Of a stretch of DNA of 32,000 nt, positions 1 through 8,409 are shown in pieces (the stretch's first letter is position 1; the number at the start of each line of letters is the position of its first letter). This DNA is from Candidatus Electrothrix sp. GW3-4 (GTDB lineage Bacteria > Desulfobacterota > Desulfobulbia > Desulfobulbales > Desulfobulbaceae): assembly GCF_037902255.1 (NCBI RefSeq), contig NZ_CP147990.1, positions 2,880,001 to 2,912,000 of the forward strand. The letters run 5' to 3'. The notes beneath the pieces are model-generated. The model worked only from the letters and a program-made list of their open reading frames with translations. It ran no database searches and had not been told where the DNA came from. The translations under genes were made by a program, and so were the position numbers.

Positions 1-2
1 GG

Positions 3-434
3 GTGAGTCGGGTAGTGGCAGCTGCTATTGAGCAGAATCATGATAAAAACGGGATCATCTTTCCCCTTCCCCTGGCGCCGTTTCAGGTCATTGTCCTGAA
101 CCTGGGCATGAATAATGAAGAGACCACCGCAGCGGCAGAGAAACTCTATCAGGATCTTCGCGCCGCAGGCCTGGAAGTCCTCCTGGATGATCGGGATGAG
201 CGTCCAGGATCAAAATTCAAAGATGCTGACCTCATCGGTATTCCCTATCGGGTGACAATAGGAAAGACCTGGGAAAAAGAAGGGCAGATAGAAGTACGGA
301 CACGACGCGACGGCACAACGACCCTGCTGGCCTATGAGCAGGCAGCATCCACCATAACCACTATGATCCGAAAGGAACTCAACGCCCTGGAGCAACGCGC
401 CTTTGCTGCCCAAGAGCAAGAGGACGCCTGTTAA
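3..434 (+). CDS. proS: Prolyl-tRNA synthetase, C-terminal part (class IIa anticodon-binding domain); 5' end outside the window
   Basis: The ORF is open to the left window edge. The translation (APFQVIVLNLG...LLDDRDERPGSKFKDADLIGIPYRVTIG...) matches the conserved C-terminal region of bacterial ProRS as I recall it from E. coli ProS. Stop TAA at 432-434. Confidence 0.85.
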   Translation: MSRVVAAAIEQNHDKNGIIFPLPLAPFQVIVLNLGMNNEETTAAAEKLYQDLRAAGLEVLLDDRDERPGSKFKDADLIGIPYRVTIGKTWEKEGQIEVRTRRDGTTTLLAYEQAASTITTMIRKELNALEQRAFAAQEQEDAC

Positions 435-471
435 CGAGCCACGGATAAAAGCTTTTCCGTTTCCTGAAAAA

Positions 472-2634
472 ATGGCCGATTTTGACGAACTAAAAAACAC
501 GGCAAGCGAATATCTTTCCGAGGATGAGCTGCGCACTCTTGAGGAGGCCCATGCCCTTGCTTCTGAACGACATAGAGACTTGCTCCATTCCTCTGGCAAG
601 TCCTATATCAGCCATTTGGAGGAAGTGGCCAACACTGTGGCCTCCATGCACCTGGACCTGGACACGATCATAGCAAGCCTCCTCCACGGCGTCCTCAAGG
701 AAGGCGTTGCCACACTTGAGGAGCTGGAAGAACTATTCGGCGCTGGTGTGGCAAATATCGTCAACGGGACAACCAAGATAACCAATGTCCGCTATGATTC
801 CAAAATGGCCTATCAGGCGGAAAATATTCGTAAACTTTTCCTGGCCATGGGCTCGGATATCCGGGTGTTGCTGGTCAAACTCGCTGATCGCCTCCACGAC
901 ATGCTCCTCCTGCGCCGGGAGAACGAAGAAAAGCAGCGACAACTCTCTCGGGAAACCATGGATCTCTATGCGCCACTGGCCAGCCGACTGGGTATCGACT
1001 GGTTAAAGCGTGAGCTTGAGGACCTCTCGTTTCAATATCTTTTTCCGGCAGAGTATAAGGAGCTGATAGGGCATCTGGTCAGTACCTTAGGGGAAAGGGA
1101 AAAATATGTTGACGAGGTTATTGGTATTCTCCGGGAAAAATTAAAGAAAAACAGCGTGTTTCCAATCAGGGTCATCGGGCGGCCCAAGCATCTCTATTCT
1201 ATCTATAAAAAACTGGTTGTCCAGAATATCCCGATTGAACAGGTCTACGATAAGGTGGCCTTTCGTATTATCGTCAACACCGTCAAAGAGTGCTACGAGG
1301 CCTTGGGCACTATTCACGGCAGCTGGACACCTGTTCCTGGCCGGATCAAGGATTTTATTTCCGCCCCCAAATCAAATAATTACCAATCGCTCCATACCAC
1401 AGTGGCTGGCCCGGGCGGCCATTTTATAGAGATCCAGATCCGGACTGAGGAAATGGATCGGGTAGCCCAGGAAGGTGTGGCAGCACATTGGGCCTATAAG
1501 GAAGGACAGAAGATCAACTCCCGGGACGCCCGCCTCTTCAAGGAACTCAAAAAACTGGTTCAAACCCTGCAGGAGGTTGAAGATCCAGGGGAATTTCTTG
1601 ATTCTGTGCGAGGGGAACTCTTTGATCCAGATGTATACGCCCTGACCCCGACAGGCGAAGTTCGGGAGATGCCAAGGGGATCCACCCCTATTGATTTTGC
1701 CTATGCCATCCATACCGCTGTTGGCGATAGATGCACCGGTGCCAGGGTCAACGGTCGCCTGGTACAGCTGAAGTGTGAATTACAGAACGGCGACATCGTT
1801 GAGATCATCACCTCAAAGAATCAGCATCCCAAACAGGCCTGGCTGCAACTGGTCAAGACCAGTCGAGCCCGGGCAAAGATCCGGCAATGGTTGCGGCGGG
1901 AGGAAAAAGAAAAAACACTCCAGGAAGGGCGTGAGATCTGTGAGCGGGAGCTGAAACAGCTTGATACCAGTTTAAAGAAACTGATCAAGAGCGGCCATAT
2001 TCGCCTGCTCCTCAAAGAGCTGCGCTGTAATTCTCTTGACGACCTGCTGGCCAAGGTGGGAACAGGGGCAATTACTGTCCTTCATCTTGAACGAGCCCTG
2101 CTACCCAAGGAGGTCCAACAACAGGAAGAGCAAAGCCAGGAAGACGAACTGTTGGAGCAGCTCGTCGAGGTCGGGCCACAAAAGCCAGCGCCGAGTGCCA
2201 GAGGTGTGGTCCGGATTGACGGCGTGGACGACATGCTGATTAAAATCAGCCAATGCTGCAAACCGGTGCCGGGTGACGAGGTTATCGGGTTTATTACCAC
2301 AGGGGTAGGCATCTCTGTACATAAGGCCAACTGCCCCAGCCTGCTGGCCACGGACCCCATTCGCTGGGTCGAGGTCAACTGGTCTGGTGATGTGCAGGGC
2401 AAACACCGGACCGAGCTCTTTTTACGGGCTGAAAACAGAAAAAATCTACTTGCAGATATCAGCTCATTGATCTCCAGTGATCATGCCGATGTTATTGAAT
2501 TCAGTTCCCGAACCACCTCGGAGAATATTGCTGAGTTCCGCGTTGTTCTGGAAATTACCGACAAAGACCATCTGCAAAAGTTGTTGACCCATTTGCAGCA
2601 GATGCCAGATATGATCGAAGTGCGCAGGCAGTAA
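472..2634 (+). CDS. relA: Long RelA/SpoT-homologue (p)ppGpp synthetase with a degenerate HD hydrolase domain
   Basis: Synthetase motifs are present: RPKHLYSIYKKL, AFRIIV, YQSLHTTV, EIQIRTEEM. TGS and ACT-like C-terminal regions follow. I prefer the ATG at 472 (MADFDELKNTASEYL...) over the ATG at 403, which overlaps proS. The HD motif reads LLHGVLKEG instead of LLHDxxEDT. Confidence 0.85.
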   Translation: MADFDELKNTASEYLSEDELRTLEEAHALASERHRDLLHSSGKSYISHLEEVANTVASMHLDLDTIIASLLHGVLKEGVATLEELEELFGAGVANIVNGTTKITNVRYDSKMAYQAENIRKLFLAMGSDIRVLLVKLADRLHDMLLLRRENEEKQRQLSRETMDLYAPLASRLGIDWLKRELEDLSFQYLFPAEYKELIGHLVSTLGEREKYVDEVIGILREKLKKNSVFPIRVIGRPKHLYSIYKKLVVQNIPIEQVYDKVAFRIIVNTVKECYEALGTIHGSWTPVPGRIKDFISAPKSNNYQSLHTTVAGPGGHFIEIQIRTEEMDRVAQEGVAAHWAYKEGQKINSRDARLFKELKKLVQTLQEVEDPGEFLDSVRGELFDPDVYALTPTGEVREMPRGSTPIDFAYAIHTAVGDRCTGARVNGRLVQLKCELQNGDIVEIITSKNQHPKQAWLQLVKTSRARAKIRQWLRREEKEKTLQEGREICERELKQLDTSLKKLIKSGHIRLLLKELRCNSLDDLLAKVGTGAITVLHLERALLPKEVQQQEEQSQEDELLEQLVEVGPQKPAPSARGVVRIDGVDDMLIKISQCCKPVPGDEVIGFITTGVGISVHKANCPSLLATDPIRWVEVNWSGDVQGKHRTELFLRAENRKNLLADISSLISSDHADVIEFSSRTTSENIAEFRVVLEITDKDHLQKLLTHLQQMPDMIEVRRQ

Positions 2635-2638
2635 GGAG

Positions 2639-3082
2639 ATGCAGCTTTTCTGTGAGGTTTGCGGTAACGAGGTGGACTCGGGCAGCAGCCACTGCCCTTT
2701 TTGTGAGTCCGAGCTCAAATTTTCTCTTCCTGGGCAGGGGGTGCCGCACCAGGCAGTCAAATTGAAACGGGGCATGCCCACCGTGGAGCAAGCCCTGGGC
2801 CGGCTTGATCGTGAACTGGAACAGGCCAAAAAGGAAGGCTGCCGAGTCCTCACCCTGATTCATGGCTACGGCTCCTCAGGACAAGGAGGAGCCATCAGAG
2901 AAGAAATTCGGGCCAAATTGCAATATCTCAAATATCGTGGTGAGATTAACGATGTCTTTACCGGAGAGCAGTTTAGTACCGGTAACGGGCCAGGGCGCAA
3001 TCTCCTGCGTCGCTTTCCCTTTCTTCGTCAACACCGTGACCTGAACAGGGGGAATCGCGGAATCACCTTAGTGGTGCTCTAA
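2639..3082 (+). CDS. Smr (small MutS-related) domain protein with an N-terminal zinc-ribbon
   Basis: N-terminal CxxC...CxxC (CEVCGNEVDSGSSHCPFC). C-terminal Smr-like block (KLKRGMPTVEQALGRLDRELEQAKKEGCRVLTLIHGYGSSG). It starts 4 nt after the relA stop. Confidence 0.7.
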   Translation: MQLFCEVCGNEVDSGSSHCPFCESELKFSLPGQGVPHQAVKLKRGMPTVEQALGRLDRELEQAKKEGCRVLTLIHGYGSSGQGGAIREEIRAKLQYLKYRGEINDVFTGEQFSTGNGPGRNLLRRFPFLRQHRDLNRGNRGITLVVL

Positions 3083-3478
3083 TATCTTACCTGACGTGCC
3101 CTGTTTTTTTTTATGGGTAAACTCAGAAAATATATGGAATGATTTTAATACCAATGGGTTCTCACCAACGGCATTGGTCGGGGTCTTAATTGACGAGACG
3201 AGCCCTTCCCCACCTGATGCCTGGGAACCGTCAGATGACACCTTATGCAATTATCTGCAAACCGTTGACGCTTCCCGTCAAGGTTGGCCTGTGTATACCT
3301 TGACATTTACCCAATCCACCACGACTCCTTCTCTATTGACATTGACACGCATTTTGCAATGCCAATAGAGCCTCATGTGAATCCATGATAGGAGTTTTAT
3401 GGAAGGGCTGTGACTATTGCGTTCCTCGGATTTATGAGCGTGGTGCTGGAGAGGTGGCTGACAGGAGGATTAATCCGA

Positions 3479-3808
3479 TCAGAACGAAAAAAGCTCCTGC
3501 AGGCAGTTGATTATTTTACCCTGTGTGCTCTTGGTAATCATGCCCAATTTTTTTATGAGCCTGGTTTTATCTACAGCTCTCATTTGGTCTAACAAAATCA
3601 ATCCTTCTTTCCCTTGAAATGTGCATTGAATTCTGGTCGGGAAGTTGAATCCCTTTGACGTCATGGGAGCAATAATGGCTGTTTTTAATGCCGACATTTC
3701 ATCTGGAGAAAGAACAACACAGGGTCTGGTTTTCCTGATCTCCGAACCTTGAGTCGGATCTAATTGAACCAACCAGATCTCAAATCGGTGAACGCTTTTT
3801 TTCACCAT
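3479..3808 (-). CDS. mazF: MazF/PemK-family type II toxin (endoribonuclease)
   Basis: FEIWLVQLDPTQGSEIRKTRPCVVLSPDEM...IIAPMTS is the typical PemK/MazF N-terminal signature. Its ATG overlaps the upstream antitoxin stop (ATGGTGA). Confidence 0.85.
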   Translation of the reverse strand: MVKKSVHRFEIWLVQLDPTQGSEIRKTRPCVVLSPDEMSALKTAIIAPMTSKGFNFPTRIQCTFQGKEGLILLDQMRAVDKTRLIKKLGMITKSTQGKIINCLQELFSF

Positions 3809-4056
3809 TCCCAGTCCTCGTCAGCCGACAGAGGGGCGTCCAACCACTCCTGTTCAGCACTGTCCAGTTCTCTGGATAGAAGAGCACTGTCAAATTGTTC
3901 TTTCCACCCCTGCCGTGGTCGTTTCACCGGTCGAATTAACAACCCGTCATCGACCACCTGAAAGACCAGCTCTTTATTGCTTAAATGCGCCTGTTCGATA
4001 AGAGCCTTCGGAATCCGCACTCCTTGGGAGTTTCCTACTCTGATTAATGTTGTCAT
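3802..4056 (-). CDS. mazE: MazE/AbrB (SpoVT-AbrB fold) antitoxin
   Basis: MTTLIRVGNSQGVRIPKALIEQ is the AbrB/MazE swapped-hairpin motif. The start is set at 4056 because GGAGG lies 5 nt upstream. The ORF-track start at 4074 lacks an RBS. Confidence 0.8.
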   Translation of the reverse strand: MTTLIRVGNSQGVRIPKALIEQAHLSNKELVFQVVDDGLLIRPVKRPRQGWKEQFDSALLSRELDSAEQEWLDAPLSADEDWEW

Positions 4057-4075
4057 ACTGTCCTCCATCTGCAAT

Positions 4076-4091
4076 TAATGTAATTACATTA
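4076..4091. promoter_or_regulatory. Perfect 16-bp palindrome TAATGTAATTACATTA upstream of mazE; probable MazE/MazEF operator overlapping the promoter
   Basis: Read directly from the sequence. It is followed by a further ATAATTAC half-site, and a TATAAT hexamer is present on the minus strand (TTGTAATTATAATG). It lies 20 nt upstream of the mazE ATG. Confidence 0.55.
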
Positions 4092-4268
4092 TAATTACAA
4101 ACTATCTGACTGTCAAAAGGAAAAAAGCAAAAGAGGAGGCATTGGTCATGGAGGTCCCCTTTTTCCCAGTATACGGAACGGGTCGGTGCTGAGGAGGTTG
4201 CGGCCTATGAGCGACGGTGGTTTGGCTGGGTACGTGGCTGGTTGTGGGGCAATTGAGTAAAATAGTGG

Positions 4269-4290
4269 CAGCCCTTCCGGGGAAGGGCTG
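4269..4290 (-). terminator. GC-rich hairpin downstream of the 299-aa gene (possible intrinsic terminator)
   Basis: CAGCCCTTCC..GGAAGGGCTG stem. On the minus strand it is followed by CCACTATTTTAC, an interrupted T tract. It lies about 50 nt after the stop at 4342. Confidence 0.35.
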
Positions 4291-4341
4291 GGCTGGTTGC
4301 TTTCCTAGGCTTTATGAACGCGGCGCTGGGTGGTGTCGGGA

Positions 4342-5241
4342 TTAATCGGGGTCTGTCCTCGATTTATCGGCCAGAGGCAAACAGGCCTCGATTAAACTAC
4401 CATCGATGTTTTTCGTGTAGATAAAATTACAATATGCTTGAGCGACCGGTATATCGACGCCCCCCGGAGGCGAATCATTGCTGGGCGGAGCGGAATTAGC
4501 CGCAGTCTGAGCTTGGGTAAGGGTATAGGGAACACCGTTTGTAGATGGAAGTTTCATACCACTCACATTCGTGCCATAGGTCATCAAATATCCCGCGACC
4601 GCCGCGCCTGTGCGATTTACTCCTGAATCGCAATGTATATAGATAATGGCATCCTTGATTGAAGCCAGACCTGCGGGAGCATTTGGCAAATTGGCGACTT
4701 GATTCTGGAGTGCGTTCCAAATGGCGGAAATCAGGCCAGTATAATCAAAGCCATCGTTATTGCTTCCCTGCCCAATGGAATTGGCGGGAGATGAACTCCA
4801 AGTGTCACAGACGGCGGTCAATAATTTAGTGTCAAGCGATTGAATAGGCCAGTAAACCATCGTGGTACCACTGGCAATTCCTGAGTTTGTTGCTGAAATA
4901 TAGGTTGGATATGGACCGGAGTTACCATTAATGGAAGTCTTATCACTGGTAAACCAGCTTATTTCGGCATGCACTATTTTCTCGTCTTTGCTACCGATAC
5001 CAAAGCCAATAAGACAGAAATCCACAATTTGGGGGTTGTCGCTTAGGGTAATCTTTCCGCTTGGAAAATTGTGATCATTTTTAATGTCCTTCAGAAAACG
5101 CTCCATCGTAAAATTCGTCGCACCGAAGGCTGAGCTGCCACGTACTAACAGGTTGTTGTCGGTCTCGTCGTAGTCTACAACTCGTACTGAACCGTCCACG
5201 AGAGTCCCATCTCCATGAACCTTAGCCACGTCCTCATTCAT
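4342..5241 (-). CDS. Cys-based protein phosphatase-like protein (CX5R P-loop; atypical DSP/PTP)
   Basis: IYIHCDSGVNRTGAAVAGYLM is an HCxxGxxR(S/T)G signature followed by the AYLM-like helix. Strong RBS AGGAGGA 7 nt upstream of the ATG. I recognise nothing in the rest of the protein. Confidence 0.55.
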   Translation of the reverse strand: MNEDVAKVHGDGTLVDGSVRVVDYDETDNNLLVRGSSAFGATNFTMERFLKDIKNDHNFPSGKITLSDNPQIVDFCLIGFGIGSKDEKIVHAEISWFTSDKTSINGNSGPYPTYISATNSGIASGTTMVYWPIQSLDTKLLTAVCDTWSSSPANSIGQGSNNDGFDYTGLISAIWNALQNQVANLPNAPAGLASIKDAIIYIHCDSGVNRTGAAVAGYLMTYGTNVSGMKLPSTNGVPYTLTQAQTAANSAPPSNDSPPGGVDIPVAQAYCNFIYTKNIDGSLIEACLPLADKSRTDPD

Positions 5242-5477
5242 CGTTAAATCCTCCTGTAATTAAAGAGTACAGGGGTTTTATTTTTAATATTAGCTAGTAA
5301 CAGGTTGCCTTTAAAAGGTAACTGAAGAAATCAGCTACGAATATCCGCAGGTTCTCCGCCGCAGGCTACCGACGACCGAACTTCGTGCTGAAAAAAGGCA
5401 CTGTGGTAGTAAGGGATACAGGAAATCGCCTTTTTCCACTTGACATTACTCCTCATAGATGTCCCCTTTTTACACTT

Positions 5478-6752
5478 CTAGCTTAGCTGATCGCCGTATT
5501 TAAGGATTTGCGGATTTTTGTGTTTACCACGTAACTCGTTCGCCGCCTTTATTGCGTGCGCTACTGTCACTTTACTTGTTCCCGCATGTTTTAAAAGTGT
5601 TTTTTCTGCCATATCATTGTAATCAGGGTGGGCTATCCTGTTTTTGTACCCTACATGGATCACCCTACGTCCATGCATTATCGCTTGGGTATTTTTGCCC
5701 TGCTTATTGTATTTTTGCTTCATCATTTTGCGTTTGACGTACAATGGTCCGGGCATCGTATTACCGTGCCTACCACCAGTCAGCATCATAAGGTTGTCTC
5801 GTGAATTGATGAATAAATCTGGGAGTTGATTTTTCATGCCTACTGATGCTGGTATGATATGCTGGGCTTCTCTTTTTCGTTTCCAATCGGGATAGGATAT
5901 TCCTGTATGCTTTTTTACATCCGCTGATAGCTTGCGCCATGTTGCCGTGCCTGAAGACACCTGGGATTGTTTTGGATGCTTTCTTAAGTAACGCTCTCGC
6001 GCTCCATGCTCCGCATCCCTTGCATGGCGAACACGTTTGCCCCCTTGAAGAATCCTATTAGTCTGCATTTCCTTCCGCACGTCGTTGAATGCTCTTGCTT
6101 TAACTAATTGGGTGGTCCGATCGTTACTATTTTTATAGTATGCTACGCTCTTTCGTTGGTGAATTTGGTGCTGAGCCCGCGCGCACGTACCGTTATGAAC
6201 ATTAACCGATAGCCGTCCCATCTGGTCCGCCTCCTTCTCCAACAGCCTGTTACCGTTCATAGCTTTCCCTCCTACCCACCCCGTCGGCTGCACCCGCCCT
6301 TCCTTCTGCTGCACCACATGCCAAGCCTCATGCGGCAGGTGCTTTTCCTGCCCTGGCGCAATATGAATATTCGTCCCCTGAGTGTAGGCGTGTGCTTGCA
6401 ACTGCGCGGGCTTATCAGAATTATAATGCACCCGCACATCATCCATTGCCATGCCGGAAAGATTCTCCACCCCCGCCTTCAAATTATCCGGCAGCCCCGT
6501 CCGGTTTGCCTGCTTCTGCACCGGCTCTTCCGCTTTGAGTTGCCTGCCCCCATGAAAATCCTTGGCCTGCAAAACTTTCCGCTCCGGTTGGCTCCCTGCC
6601 TTTGTCGGCATCCTCTCCCGCAGCTGCGCTGTGGACTCCCTGTTGTCCACGAAAGAAAAGCCCCGTGCCCTGCCACCCTTTTTCCTCTGCCTTACCGCAG
6701 TGGCAGCCGGAGTCAGGCCGGTCCTCTGATCTTTCCCTTTATATTCCCGCAT
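5478..6752 (-). CDS. DUF4157 (eCIS-core, HExxH) N-terminal domain protein with a divergent C-terminal AHH/HNH-EndoVII-like putative nuclease toxin domain
   Basis: LPDNLKAGVENLSGMAMDDVRVHYNSDKPAQLQAHAYTQGTNIHIAPG...LPHEAWHVVQQ is the DUF4157 pattern. The C-terminus (AQHIIPASVG...INSRDNLMML...HVGYKNRIAHPDYNDM) resembles the AHH-family layout (xHHIIP ... N..LP ... H.G.H..Y). Confidence 0.6.
   Translation of the reverse strand: MREYKGKDQRTGLTPAATAVRQRKKGGRARGFSFVDNRESTAQLRERMPTKAGSQPERKVLQAKDFHGGRQLKAEEPVQKQANRTGLPDNLKAGVENLSGMAMDDVRVHYNSDKPAQLQAHAYTQGTNIHIAPGQEKHLPHEAWHVVQQKEGRVQPTGWVGGKAMNGNRLLEKEADQMGRLSVNVHNGTCARAQHQIHQRKSVAYYKNSNDRTTQLVKARAFNDVRKEMQTNRILQGGKRVRHARDAEHGARERYLRKHPKQSQVSSGTATWRKLSADVKKHTGISYPDWKRKREAQHIIPASVGMKNQLPDLFINSRDNLMMLTGGRHGNTMPGPLYVKRKMMKQKYNKQGKNTQAIMHGRRVIHVGYKNRIAHPDYNDMAEKTLLKHAGTSKVTVAHAIKAANELRGKHKNPQILKYGDQLS
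6282..6752. repeat. Paralogous ~471-bp DUF4157 module, copy 1 (dispersed direct repeat with 10885..11355)
   Basis: The encoded residues 1-157 of the 424-aa and 215-aa proteins align without gaps at high identity. The DNA is visibly similar, for example CATGCGGCAGGTGCTTTTC and GCAATATGAATAT in both. Confidence 0.8.
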
Positions 6753-6782
6753 AAGGTGTCCCTCCTCGACTCTCTGTAATCC

Positions 6783-8161
6783 CTAAATCGTCTTGTTTTC
6801 CTTGCGGAATTCCCGACGAATCGCCAGCAATAATTCCTCTTTGGTCACATGCCGCCGCTCCTGACTGATTGCCGTTAAAGCACAGGTCCTCAACACATTG
6901 ATAATCGCGCCACCAGCCAGTTTATACTCCTCCGCCACTTGCACCAAATCAATATCACCTGCCAACTCGCATGTATCACGGAAGGCGTTTTGCCAGAGTT
7001 GCAAGCGTAGGTCGGCAGAAGGTATGGTAAAATGGATCATGGCCTGGAAGCGGCGGGTAAAGGCCTCATCCATATTGGCCTTTAAGTTAGTGGCCAGGAT
7101 CACAGTACCAGGAAAGTCCTCGATCTTTTGCAGCAAATAGCCGGTCTGCTGATTGGCATGTCGATCATTGGCCGTGGACGCGACCGTTCGCTTGCCAAAC
7201 AGGGCATCCGCCTCATCAAAAAATAAAATCCAATCCTTATAGGCCGCCGCATCAAAGACCCTGGACAGGTTTTTTCGGTCTCGCCAATATATTTGGACAC
7301 GATCATGGACAAATCTACCCTATACACGTCTCTGCCGGTTGATTTTGCCAACAGGGCTGCGGTTAAGGTCTTCCCCGTGCCGGGCGGACCGTAAAAGGCG
7401 GCTCGATAGCCTGGTTTGACCTTATTAGCCAGTCCCCAATCCTCCATCAGAGTATGGTTGTGGGCCAACCAGGCCCGAATCTCTTCCACCTGGGTCATCA
7501 CCCGGTAATCCAGGACCAAGTCGGACCAATTCAAGGGCGTGGTCAGGGCGTGGGCCGGAAATGAGGTGGATAGCTCCGGTTTGACCTCTTCACCGCTGAG
7601 GAAATAATGGAGCCACTGCTCAGAGAGCTTGAGTGCCCCGCTGAGCATGGGCAGGTTCGGGTCCGTGCTTTCCAGACTGATCACCTGCTCAGCCATCAAA
7701 CGGTGCTGGGGACTGAACAGCTCCCTTGCTGGCACATGCCAGGCCGGTTCATTGGCTGCGAGGAGAAAGAGCACGGTCTGGCCAGTGGGCAAAAAGCCGC
7801 TAAAGGCCTTGTCCGTGATCCCGCCAAACTCGCTGAAGCCGCGATCAATCAGTTGGTTGATACCGAAGAGCACATCCAATTGTTCCGGCTTTAAATGGGG
7901 GGCCATGGCCAGGGCAAGCAGCAACCGTTCAAATTGGCGCAGGTCCCAATCCCGGACAATGCCTGCGTACACGCTGTCGCTCTCATCCAAATCGGGCATG
8001 GGGATCTGCCACCAATAGGCTTCATGACCTTCGTGTTTGAGGTAGCTGCAAATGACCTGATGGATCACGGCACCCAACCAGGCTATTTCCCGTAGCAGGA
8101 CCGCCAAATTCTCATCCATAGCCGGGCCTAGCTGTTCAGACTGATAATCGTTCAACATCAT
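6783..8161 (-). pseudogene. AAA+ ATPase (DUF4157/eCIS-associated type) interrupted by a -1 frameshift in a homopolymer
   Basis: Walker A GPPGTGKT lies in the upstream frame. After GETEK the frame is lost at a T6 run (7270-7275, A6 on the coding strand). The next frame reads [28 protein letters not shown]...(Walker B)...QKIEDFPGTVILATN...TRRF. The start codon is uncertain: ATG at 8161, 8158 or 8119; the ORF-track start at 8185 is TTG. Confidence 0.8.
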
Positions 8162-8409
8162 CCAGAGAAATATCCACCCAGTCAAAGAGATCTATGGCTG
8201 TGGTGAGGTTCAGCTCATTACTTTTCATCAAGTTTTGCATATCCCCATTGAGCCAATGAGCAAGATGTTGACTCCCTAAGATTTCTTGACTGGCCAATAA
8301 TTGCTGCAAATAGTGATCATAGGCTGTATCGCTGAAAATCAATTTTTTCGCTTTAAAAAAATAGGCTGTTCTCCTGGCCGGAGTCGACCATTCATACGTC
8401 GCTATATTA
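8136..8409 (-). pseudogene. 3' fragment of a ~282-aa gene of unknown function split by the IS insertion
   Basis: The frame is open from the IS boundary (8409) down to the stop at 8136. It continues the frame of ORF 10056..10649 exactly once the IS and one TSD copy are removed. Confidence 0.75.
8402..8409. repeat. 8-bp target-site duplication CTATATTA (low-coordinate copy)
   Basis: An identical octamer is at 10067-10074, immediately outside the imperfect terminal inverted repeats. Confidence 0.8.

Noticed and set aside
3083-3478. Small plus-strand ORFs 3096..3368 and 3410..3592 in the gap between the smr-like gene and mazF
   Set aside because: I see no convincing RBS, and the peptides are unremarkable. 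The second overlaps mazF on the opposite strand. I also could not identify a tRNA or sRNA fold by eye, so the region is left unannotated.
5253-5273. Hairpin CCTGTA-N9-TACAGG overlapping the Shine-Dalgarno sequence of the 299-aa phosphatase-like gene (possible translational control)
   Set aside because: The stem is only 6 bp and half of it is A-T pairs. It masks just 3 nt of the SD. This is too weak to claim regulation without folding energies or conservation.
8136-8342. 68-aa ORF as an independent small gene or as an N-terminal frameshifted part of the AAA+ ATPase
   Set aside because: Its annotated start is a TTG, and the frame stays open up to the IS boundary. It joins the 10056..10649 ORF in frame once the IS is removed. 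It is the 3' part of the IS-split gene.
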